This document shows positions 53,593 to 64,000 of a stretch of DNA of 64,000 nt, piece by piece. The position numbers and the translations under genes were made by a program. The stretch is from the NCBI RefSeq assembly GCF_006345805.1, contig NC_043018.1, positions 20,212,001 through 20,276,000 on the forward strand, read 5' to 3'. Position 1 is the stretch's first letter. Every line of letters begins with the position of its first letter. The notes under the pieces are model-generated. The model was given only the letters and a program-made list of their open reading frames with translations. It searched no databases and was not told where the DNA came from. This stretch comes from Octopus sinensis (lineage: Eukaryota).

Positions 53593-53625
<33 letters not shown>

Positions 53626-54353
53626 ATATATATGTCAGTAAAGTGGTTGGCTTTTTGAAGGGCATCCACCTGTAGAAACCAACCCAGAACAGACTATGGA
53701 ACCTGGTGTGGTTGTTGCAAAGTGGGGGACAAACACAAAGACCCATGCACTGACACAGAAATACATATAGGCAACAGGCTTCCGCACAGTTTCCATCTAC
53801 CGAATTCACCCACAGGGCATCAGTGAAGCTGGGGCTATAATAGAAGACACTTGACCATGGTGATGCACAGTGGGACTGAACCTGAAACCCCCATGATTCC
53901 AAAGCTAGCTTTTTAACTATACAGCCATGTGTGTGTGGCCTAATTCTGTCTTTGTTACATGTGCAAGATGGATAAAGTAAGATTTTAAATGCTTACAAAG
54001 ATTCAATATAGTGTGGTTTATTTCTTTTCTTGTGTACAGATCAATACACTTATGGTGTTTCTTCATTTGTTCTTTGATTTGTAAACCAAATACTTCTAAA
54101 CACTGTACGTGTCACATACCTGGTCGTAACAAACTGCGTGCATAAGTATAAGAAAGGACATCTTTGATTAGCTGTTGTCTATAACAAACAGAAACATATT
54201 GACTTATATTTGCATTTGATGTTGTTCTTTTAGAAGGTTAATTAATCGGCTTGGAGAAGCTTCCGAGTGTAAATTCAAAATACCATCGTTAATTTTATTT
54301 ACTATTTCAGTATTGGTTTCTTGTTTTCTTTCTCACCACACACACACACACAC

Positions 54354-54480
54354 ACACAGAGGCATGGCTGTGTGGTAAGAAGTCTGCTTCCCAACCACGT
54401 GGCTCTGGGTTCAGTCCCACTGTGTGTCTTCTACCAAAACTTTGTAAGTGGATTTGCTTGACAGAAACTGGAAGAAGCAT

Positions 54481-54517
<37 letters not shown>

Positions 54518-54892
54518 TCTTTTACTTGTTTCAGTCATTAGACTGTGGCCATGCTGGAGCACCACCTTTAGTCGAGCAAATCAACCCCAGGACTTGTTCT
54601 TTGTAAGCCTAGTACGTATTCTATCAGTCTCTTTTGCTGAACCACTAAGTTACAGGGATGTATACACACCAACATTGGTTGTCAAGTGATGTTGGGGGGA
54701 CAAACAGACACACAAACGTATACACACACACACATATATATATACATACACACACACACACACACACACAGAGGCATGGCTGTGTGGTAAGAAGTCTGCT
54801 TCCCAACCACGTGGCTCTGGGTTCAGTCCCACTGTGTGTCTTCTACCAAAACTTTGTAAGTGGATTTGCTTGACAGAAACTGGAAGAAGCAT

Positions 54893-54929
<37 letters not shown>

Positions 54930-55358
54930 TCTTTTACTTGTTTCAGTCATTAGACTGTGGCCATGCTGGAGCACCACCTTTAGTCGAGCAAATCAACCCC
55001 AGGACTTGTTCTTTGTAAGCCTAGTACGTATTCTATCAGTCTCTTTTGCTGAACCACTAAGTTACAGGGATGTATACACACCAACATTGGTTGTCAAGTG
55101 ATGTTGGGGGGACAAACAGACACACAAACGTATACACACACACACATATATATATACATACACACACACACACACATATATATATATACACACACATATA
55201 TACGAAGGGCTTCTTCCAGTTTCTGTCTGCCAAATCCACTCAAAAGGCTTTGGTCAGCCCAAAGCTATAGTAGAAGACACTTGCCCAAGGTGCCACGCAG
55301 TGGGACTGAACCCAGGACCATGTGGTTCGTAAACAAGCTACTTACCACACAGCCACTC
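54354..55358. repeat. 412-bp near-perfect tandem duplication of a nested SINE-A pair (plus head + minus tail), continuing into a minus-strand SINE A
   Basis: GGCATGGCTGTGTGG at 54361 and 54773; the two units share all private variants. Confidence 0.9.
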
Positions 55359-56035
55359 TTATATATCTTCATCATCATCATCATTGTTTAATGTCTGTTT
55401 TCCTTGCTGGCATGGATTGGACAGTTTGATAGAAGATGGCAAACCAGAGAGCAGTCCAGGCTCTAATGTCCGTTATGGCAGGGTTTCTACAGCTGGATGC
55501 CCTTCCTAACACCAACCATTTTACAGAGTGCGCTGGGTGCCTTTTACATGCAACTGGCACAACCAAGATACCTTGTGCCTTGCTGTAATCAAGGAGACCC
55601 TTCCTCCACAGCAGGAGTATTTCAACCCCACTCCACCCTGGTGAAGAGGATTGGCCTTTGCTACATAAAAGCACCCAGAACACTGTAAAGTGGTTGGCAT
55701 TAGGAAGGCCGTCCAGCAATAGAAACCGTACCAACTTAGACTGTCCTTGAGCAAAACATTTTATTTCACATTGCTCCAGTGCACTAAGCTGGCAAAAATG
55801 AGTACCTGTATTTCAAAGGGCCAGCCTTGTCACACTCTGTCTCTTCCTGAGAAACTACTTTAAGGATACACGTGTCTGTGGAGTGCTCAGCCACTTGCAT
55901 ATTAATTTCACAAGCAAGCTGTTCCATTGATTGTATCTGCTGGGACCCACACTGTCATAACCGACAGAGTGCTCTTTGATGTATATATCATATATACATA
56001 TATGTATGTGATATATATCATATATACATATATAT

Positions 56036-56073
<38 letters not shown>

Positions 56074-57129
56074 ATATATATCATATATATATATACATAT
56101 ATATATGTGGTATATATCATACATATATAATTTGTGTGTGTGCATGTTACTACCTTGTTGCCTCCACATTGCATAATACTTGTGAGTGAATGTTACCCTC
56201 ATGCAAGTAGACTTCTTTGTTTCTTATCTTCCAAGACACATCTAGTAAAGGGACAAAGATTACTTCACTTGGAAACAGGTGAGGGTTAAAGACAGGAAGA
56301 GCATCTGGCTTTAGAAGCTCTGCTTTAACAAATACCATCTGACCCATACAAGCATGGGAAAGCGGACATTAAATTGATGATGACGACAATGGAAGCCATC
56401 TCCAATTTTTAAAGACTGCGTCGCATTTTATATGCGTGTTTTCTGTTTTAATGAACCATAAACTAATGCAAAACCATCGCATATGAACATTCAGAATCTG
56501 TTTCTAAACACACACAAACGCATATACAAACACACGTGCACTCTGCAACTGCCGCTACACACAAGTGGCTCTCTGCTCACGATTACAACAAAGGCTGTTC
56601 AAATTATAATTAAGTACTTGTATCTGTTTTCAAGACACACAATGCAACATAAGACCGCCCCACACACATTTTATGTTCGAAATTCTTCTACACTATCTCT
56701 CTCTGTCTCTCTCTTTTTCCTCGCTCGCATATACAAATACACATTTGCATTTTGCAACTGGTGCTATGCAAGCAGTTCTCCGCTCACCATTTTACCAATG
56801 GCTGTTCAAAGCAGAAATTCAAGTACTTTTAATGAATTCTTTCAGCAGAGATAATATCTATTGACATAGATATAAAATGTCAGCCTGTAGATGGTTTTGC
56901 AGGATCGGGTTCCCCTTCAGAATCAGATAATGCAGCAAGTGTAATATGCAGTTATCTACACTAATTAAATATGCCCTGATAAAATAGTTTTAATTTGAAG
57001 TGATTATATGAGCGTTATCTGTATCGTAGATGCACCTATCATCTGTTACCAAATTAATGAGGATAATAATATACGTACGGGCGTACGTGTGCGAGTGTTG
57101 TGTGTGTGTGTGTATAGAAGTAAGCGTGT

Positions 57130-57375
57130 GTTTGAACATGAGTAAGCATGAGTGTGTATGTGTGAGAGAGAGTGTGAGTGAACATGTGTCTAAGTGTGTA
57201 TGTGTGATGTGTATGGAGATGAGAGAGGTAGTGAGTGCTGTGCACCAGTATATGTTTGTGTGTTTGAACATGAGTAAGCATGAGTGTGTATGTGTGAGAG
57301 AGAGTGTGTAAGTGTGTATGTGTGATGTGTATGGAGATGAGAGAGGTTGTGAGTGCCGTGCACCAGTATATGTAT
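57130..57375. repeat. ~130-bp TG-rich tandem duplication
   Basis: gtttgaacatgagtaagcatgagtgtgtatg...gtgcaccagtatatg occurs twice. Confidence 0.85.
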
Positions 57376-58354
57376 GTATGTGTGTATGTGTGTGTTAGAA
57401 AGCGATCGAGCGAGCGAGAGAGAGAGGTGTGTGTGTGTGTAAATATTTCAGCTGTTCACAAAGACAAGCAACTAAAACCACTTCTTTACCAAATGCTGTC
57501 TAATTATTTTATCAATTGGAATCTCACTACACATACCTGTTGTCATTTGCTGTTCTCAGTGGCAGTGGTTGTAGTGGTGGTTGTGGTGGCAGTGGTGGCA
57601 CTAATAGTAGTGGTGACATTGTTTAGTCCCAAAACAGCCCTGGTTGAACATAAACCTGTTATCAAAGACATTCCAGCTGTGGCCACCACCCCCTCTCATG
57701 TTTCCTTTCTCTACAAGCCTAGTGCACCCCCATTTTACATAATTGCAATCTGTCCTTCATTTTTTTTAAGCCAGTAAGATTTGTTTGGAGGAGGAGATTT
57801 AGTTTCTACTTCTAACAGGCAAATCATCATCATCATCATCATCATCAAATGTCTATTTTCCATTCTGGCATGAGTTGGATGGTTTGACGAGAGCTGGCAA
57901 GGCCAGGGGTCGCACCAGGCCCCATTACCTGTTTTCACATGGTTTCTATGGCAGGATGCCCTTCCTAATGCCACCCACTCCATAGAGTGTACTGGCTGCT
58001 TTTTTATGTGGCACCAGCACTTGTATCAATTCTGCTCTGGTGGATGGGTTTTCTTGAGTACACCAACACACCAGGTACCTCAGTCCTTGGTCATCTCCTT
58101 CATGAGGCTCAGTGTCTTGAAATCAGTCCTCAATACTTCATCCCCTGTCTTCCTAGGTCTCTTCCACAAGTTCCATCCACTTTTGTATGTCTAACGCCAA
58201 CCACTTACCAGAGTGTACTGGGTGCTTTTTTACATGCCACCAGCAGGTGCATTACCGCAGTATTGGTATGGATGCTTTTTTAAGTGGCACTGGCACCTGA
58301 AAGGACCGGCCTGTATATGTGGAAGACAACGATTTTAATTAGCTTGATGTGTCT

Positions 58355-58775
58355 TATCATCATCACCATCATCATCATCCGCTTTCCATGCTGGCATGGG
58401 TTGGACGGTTCAACTGGGGCCTGGGAAGCCAGAAGGCTGTACCAGGCTCCAGTCTGATCTGGCAATGTTTCTATGGCTAGATGCCCTTCCTAACACCAAG
58501 TGCAGCAAGTCACCACAGTCCTGGTCCCTTGTTATTTCTTCAATGAGGCTCAGCATCCAATGATCCTTTTTCACCACTTCATCCCATATCTTCCTAGGTC
58601 TACTCCTTCCACAGGTACCCTCCATCCACAATTATAGCTTAGCACTTCTTTACGGAGCTGTCTACATCCATATGCATCACACAACCAAACCAGCATAGTC
58701 TTCTCTCTTGCATTTGGGCATCAAATTCCTCTTATACCCAACTTTTCCATCAACACACTAGTGCTCTGTTGCACA
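58355..58775 (-). mobile_element. RTE-clade LINE 3' fragment with (GAT)n tail; related shorter piece at ~58060-58190
   Basis: Decayed LMEKLGIRGI..QERRLCWFGCVMHM..KKC..EGTCGRSRPRKIWDEVVKKD matches the RTE RRL.W.GH..R..G.R.RGRPR..W motif. The same 3' UTR family occurs at ~8580-9330, 20899-21166, 55370-55730 and 57820-58050. Confidence 0.8.
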
Positions 58776-59095
58776 TCCACTGGGACATACTAGTTTCTTG
58801 TTGACTTGCAGGTGATATAAATTGACGTTATTTAACCCCAGATGTTCTGAAGATGGTAAAAGTTTTCTGAGGAAGAATTAATTTAGCTCAACATTAACAT
58901 TCTGTTTTTAGTTTTGTGTGAAAACCTGTTGACCTTGGTAGAACCTGAACTCAGAACGCCAAAATGTTAACCACAAATCACTTCAGATGATGTTCGAAAT
59001 GTCAGTGATGTGGTTGTTTATTTTTAAAATTACAGTGTAGGGTAGGTTTGAGAGGTCAGATCCAGCCAGTTTGAATATAAAACAAACAGAATATA

Positions 59096-59490
59096 GCGCA
59101 GGAGTGGCTGTGTGGTAAGTAGCTTGTTTACCAACCGCATGGTTCCGGGTTCAGTCCCACTGCGTGGCACCTTGGGCAAGTGTCTTCTACTATAGCCTCG
59201 GGCCGACCAAAGCCTTGTGAGTGGATTTGGTAGACGGAAACTGAAAGAAGCCTGTCGTATATATGTATGTATATGTATGTGTGTGTCTGTGTTTGTCCCC
59301 CTAGCATTGCTTGATAACCGATGCTGGTGTGTTTACGTCCCCGTTACTTAGCGGTTCGGCAAAAGAGACCGATAGAATAAGTACTGGGCTTACAAAGAAT
59401 AAGTCCTGGGGTCGATTTGCTCGACTAAAGGCCGTGCTCCAGCATGGCCGCAGTCAAATGACTGAAACAAGTAAAAGAGAGTAAAAGAGT
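59096..59490 (+). mobile_element. SINE family A, full length
   Basis: Inserted within a piggyBac-like MITE remnant (~59000-59533). Confidence 0.93.
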
Positions 59491-60130
59491 AGAATATTTT
59501 GGCTGGATGTGCCTTGTTTAATACCAAAAGAGTTAAGTTCTCCTGTGAAAGAATTTTGTATCTAAGAATAATTTTGGATCTGGATTTTGGATTTAACTCC
59601 TATTATAGAAATACAATGGGTCTTGAATAAATTTTGCAATGATAAAACTTCACAATATCTTACAATAGAATTTGAATTTCATTTTATTTATTCTTTTGTG
59701 TAACATTTTGTATTCCAACAATGCTTCAGCCTATAAAGGAAATGTTTTGTATCTTAATTGAGTTTATTTCTTTTAAAAAGGTCATTTGTTAAGTTGCTTT
59801 AGGTGTTCGGTCTTTTAGATTCACCTCCAACATGTTTTCAGATTCTTGAAATGGTAAACAAAGCTATTTTCCTTCTATATTAATTCACTTTTTATAGCCT
59901 TTTTTTTTTGCTTTTTTCAGTTTGTGGAATTTGCCTTATGTCTGTTTGTAATTTTTTTAATAAAGACTATTTCCAAAAAGCCACAAGGGCATAGATATAG
60001 CCTTCAACTTTATTGGTGCCAACCCTCCTTAGCCCCCCCCCCCCTGTTCCACAGTAGAAACTTCCTGTTTTAAACTCCTGTGAATTGAAATCCATAAATA
60101 TTTCATTTCCATTTACATTCCAAAAACCAG

Positions 60131-60512
60131 CTTTTACTCTTTTACTTGTTTCAGTCATTTGACTGCGGCCATGCTGGAGCACCACCTTTAGTCGAGCAAA
60201 TCGACTCCAGGACTTATTCTTTGTAAGCCTAGTACTTATTTTATCGGTCTGTTTTGCCGAACCGCTAAGTTACGGGGATGTAAACACACCAGCATCGGTT
60301 GTCAAGCGATGTTGGTGGGGACAAACATATACACACACATACATATATACGACGGGCTTCTTTCAGTTTCCGTCTACCAAATCCACTCACAAGGCTTTGG
60401 TCGGCCCGAGGATATAATAGAAGAGACTTGCCCAAGGTGCCACACAGTGGGACTGAACTTCGAACCATGTGGTTGGTAAGCAAGCTACTTACCATGCAGC
60501 CACTCCTGCGCC
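60131..60512 (-). mobile_element. SINE family A, full length
   Basis: Inverted partner of 59096-59490. Confidence 0.93.
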
Positions 60513-61007
60513 TTTTACATTTTTATAATTTCTGTTTGATTTACACTTGTCTATATACATTAAGAAATGGAGTCTCCGTACGTTTTATATATATTTCATC
60601 AAATATTACAAGCAGCCAAACTTACTGTAACCATCATGGTATAGGTAGAAGTGAAACATTCTTTGTGGTGAGTTAAAAGGACCAAGCAAATACCTAACTG
60701 ATGTGTCACTGAGCAACACACTCTTTTATATCTTAACTAAAAAGAAAAATATAAAACCTTTATCAAAATAAATGTATTGAATGCAAAATACAGAAAATTA
60801 TAAGGTATATGTCAAAATAAATCCTGATTATGCTTGAGTAATATACACCCACATATACAGAGAGAGACAGACAAACAGACACTCACACACCTTACTTATG
60901 CTGGATGAAGGAGAAAGGAGTGTTCAACACATAAGTTCTACAAAAACATTGTCCATGCCTTAAAGTTGCTGGCCTTGAACTAAAATTTTAATCTTTTGTT
61001 GTTGTTA

Positions 61008-62052
61008 TTACTTCTGCCTTAGCAAAGGCTGAGGTATTGTTTTTTAGTCGTGTTTGTTTGTCCGTGGACACGATATCTCAAGAACTGCCAAATGGATTCG
61101 GATTAAACTTTCAGAGATGTTTGGCCTTGTGACTGGCACGAACTGATTAGATTTTGGGATTGATCAGGTACCGGACAAGGATTGTGGATTATTTGTTATA
61201 TTTACTTTACTTGAAGTATTACAATCTTAAGTTCACTTTCAAGTCTTTCTCTGATTATCTCCCTTGACAGCACGCTCATGGTTTCCACATAAGTTTTGGC
61301 AGTCTTACTATTTCCAAAATTTTATTTTCATTTCTCTCTTATTAATTTTACTCGCGTCTCCATCTTAGTAGAAACTGATGGATAAAGAAATCAAACTACA
61401 TAACCAAATGGCAGCAGAACTGTTCTGAAATTAAATAGTACCAACATATTCAGTATCAATAATAAATTTAATCTATCCCTGACAATTTTTAATTTTACTA
61501 ATTTTGAATATATTGCTCCTGATTAAAACCTCTTACCTACTTGATAATTGCATTGCTAGCTCTGCTTTGAAGGAAGCTGTATTTCTTGAACTCAACTTTT
61601 TGTGCGCAATGACGTTGTTAAACCTCCGTTAACAGCACCGTATGCAGGTCCTTTCCGTTTTCTTTCATGCACAGATAAATTTTTCACTTTAGACTAGACC
61701 CTTAATGGCTGTAAACACACTATCAGTGGATAGACTAAAAAAAGACCTTCATAGAGGAAACTGTCCCTGTTCCCACTGCAGATGACACACACAACATTAC
61801 AAATATGGCCCACACACTCACCTTCACATTCTATGACTACCATGGGATCAACCAGGTACTGGACAAGGATTCTGGATTATTTTTCTGGGTTTTTTTTTTT
61901 ACTTAATTTTTGAGAGTTCATTTTTAATATTCTCATTTGTGAGAGCAGTCGAGTTTATTTCAGATATTCTCATTTTAAAAACCATCTCCAACTAATCGTT
62001 GAGAGGACGTTAGAGTTGCCTTGGCAGAGGTTTGCACTCTCTCAGTGCTCTT
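61008..62052 (+). mobile_element. Helentron-associated (DINE-1/HINE-like) element in two pieces (61008-~61200 and 61843-62052)
   Basis: 5' cttctgcc.. hairpin end, gtttgtttgtcc tract, 3' sub-TIR TTGCCTTGGCAGAGG and stem-loop GCACT-ctctc-AGTGC (~62034-62048); the ~40-bp ggacaaggat.. block is present in both pieces. Confidence 0.62.
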
Positions 62053-62059
62053 GGTATTA

Positions 62060-62330
62060 TATTTTATTGTCTTTGCTCAGCTTCTAACACTGGAGATGTA
62101 CTATGCTGTCAGCTGTTCACTACCAGTGAACTAAGGTAACACCCCTTATTTTTCAAGCACCATCTTGATTATTCGAGCGGTTCTAAGCAGTGCTGTTTTC
62201 TGCGAGTGCTCCACTCTTATTGCAGCCCCTATTTGTTCCGTGTACTTCTGAAGACTTTTACTCACTGTCCCCAGGGCTCTGACAATTATTGGTACTATTA
62301 CCACCTTTTTCAGCAACCACAACTACTTAA
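62060..62330 (-). mobile_element. R4/Dong-like (restriction-like endonuclease) LINE 3' fragment
   Basis: WLLKKVVIVPIIVRALGTVSKSLQKYTEQIGAAIRVEHSQKTALLRTARIIKMVLEK* (stop at 62148-46) matches the VVP(I/V)..GALG..Q..ALLGTA.ILR C-terminus; ATT-rich sequence on both sides. Confidence 0.75.
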
Positions 62331-62381
62331 CCTCCCAATCTAACCTGTTATATCTATTATTATTATTATTATTGTTGTTAT

Positions 62382-62583
62382 TAAGGCAGCAAGCTGGCAG
62401 AGTCGTTAGCACACCAGGAAAAATGCTTTCGTCTGCTGCTACTTTCTGAGTTTAAATTCTGCCACGGTCAACTTTGCCACTTATCCTTATGGGGTTGATA
62501 AATTAAGTACCAGTTGCATACTGGGGTAATCTAATTGACTGGCTCCTTCCCCAAAAATTTCGGGCTTTGTGCCTAGAATAGAA
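62382..62583 (+). mobile_element. SINE family B
   Basis: Head and core after (ATT)n. Confidence 0.85.
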
Positions 62584-63384
62584 ATGATTATTATTATTAT
62601 TATCGTTTCAATTCTGTTGGGAGACTCCCGTTTTTTTTTGTTGATTTTTTTTTTTATTTCATTTTTCTGCACATCAATAGCATCAGAAGAATGTGTTTAC
62701 ATTCCTATTTAACCCACAGTAGGGCTTTGTAATATACATATAAATTTATCCCAGTATTTTTGATTGGTGCTGTGTTATGCATCTTTAGAAGCAGCCATCA
62801 CCCAGAAACAAGAATTACTTGGTAACGTGTACCAAGCTATCAGTAACCGTTGTAAGTACCTGTAAAATCCAGTGCAGACATGGGGCTCTTCGTTAACCCC
62901 CTTGCTCTTTGATCTCTGACCCAGCTGCACATCCAGAATGACAGCAGCTGGAGGGAGAGAAATAGAGTATCTTGCTCAAGGACACAATGTTACATCTAAT
63001 CCAGGAATTGAACCCTTGACATTATGACTGTCAACTGGACCGCCTTAACCACTAGGCGATGGCACTTTCAGACGTTGCACATCATATATGCGGGTGGGGA
63101 GGGAAGGAGGTTGGTTTGATTTTTGATTGATTGGATTTGATTGAACTTGGTTGCATTTCGTCATTCACTCATGATTTTTCGTTTTTCAAATTTATTTGCA
63201 GAGCAATAAAATTAGATTGTAATAATGCAGCCAGTCCTGACCGCTATGGACATTATAGAGAAGCAAAATATTGCCAAACTAAGCACCATTGGCTTTGGAA
63301 AGTAAGTAGAATTTGCCATTTCCATAAGACATTATTTTGTCACAGAAACAGTCTATGTTTTGTCCAATTGTTGATGTTCATCAG

Positions 63385-63412
63385 TACGTGTGTGTGGTGT
63401 GTGTGTGTGTGT

Positions 63413-63471
<59 letters not shown>

Positions 63472-63839
63472 ATGTATGATATATGTATGTATGTATGATA
63501 TATGTATGTATGTATGTATTATATATGTATGTATGTATGTATTATATATGTATGTATGTATGTATGTATTATATATGTATGTATGTATTATATATGTATT
63601 ATGTATTATATATGTATTATGTATGTATGTATGTATGTATTATATATGTATGTATGTATGTATTATATATGTATGTATGTATGTATGTATTATATATGTA
63701 TGTATGTATGTATGTATTATATATTATATATGTATGTATGTATGTATTATATATGTATGTATGTATGATATATGTATGTATGTATGTATGATATATGTAT
63801 GTATGTATGATATATGTATGTATGTATGTATTATATATG

Positions 63840-63870
<31 letters not shown>

Positions 63871-64000
63871 TATATATGTATGTATGTATGTATTATATAT
63901 GTATGTATGTATGTATTATATATGTATGTATGTATATATGTATGTATATATGTATGTATATATGTGTACATATGTATTTACGTATATATGTATGTATGTA
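63385..64000. repeat. (TG)n followed by (TATG)n/(TA)n compound microsatellite
   Basis: Direct inspection. Confidence 0.97.

Larger units (their letters stand above)
52380..53596. mobile_element. Penelope-like element remnant: inverted 274-bp pseudo-LTRs (52517-52790, 53323-53596) around a 532-bp spacer
   Basis: Arms differ at 12 of 274 positions by manual alignment; each has a hammerhead core followed by AATAAA, the pLTR layout described for Penelope-like elements. Confidence 0.7.

Noticed and set aside
56860-56960. Acidic peptide LSDSEGEPDPAKPSTG (minus) / EIISIDIDIKCQPVDGFAGSGSPSESDNAA (plus)
   Set aside because: Short, closed by stops, with a weak donor; no assignable family.
985-60676. 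Recurrent ORFs of the type ..YDGLLSVSVYQIHSQGFGRPEAIVEDTCPRCHAVGLNPEPCGW and ..RASFSFRLPNPLTR..
   Set aside because: These are translations of SINE family A copies on either strand, not a gene family.

Overview
This is a repeat-dominated eukaryotic genomic window, not prokaryotic DNA. It is most likely from an octopus (coleoid cephalopod); this is inferred from the tRNA-derived SINE families, the mariner derivative and the microsatellite load. No complete protein-coding gene, rRNA, true tRNA or CRISPR array is supportable. Almost all ORFs in the track are artefacts of simple repeats or SINEs. The window contains dozens of copies of at least three SINE families; CR1, RTE and R4/Dong-like LINE fragments; two inverted copies of one internally deleted mariner; a deleted Tc1-like transposase; piggyBac-like TTAA MITEs; two Helentron/DINE-1-like elements; 143-bp and ~149-bp satellites; a SINE-derived 184-bp tandem array; and several long palindromes. 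The most interesting signal is a 274-bp inverted repeat (52517-52790 / 53323-53596) in which each arm carries a recognisable type I hammerhead ribozyme of the Penelope-like-element kind. A decayed second hammerhead family sits at ~37082-37126. A few splice-bounded candidate exons on the minus strand are reported at low confidence.
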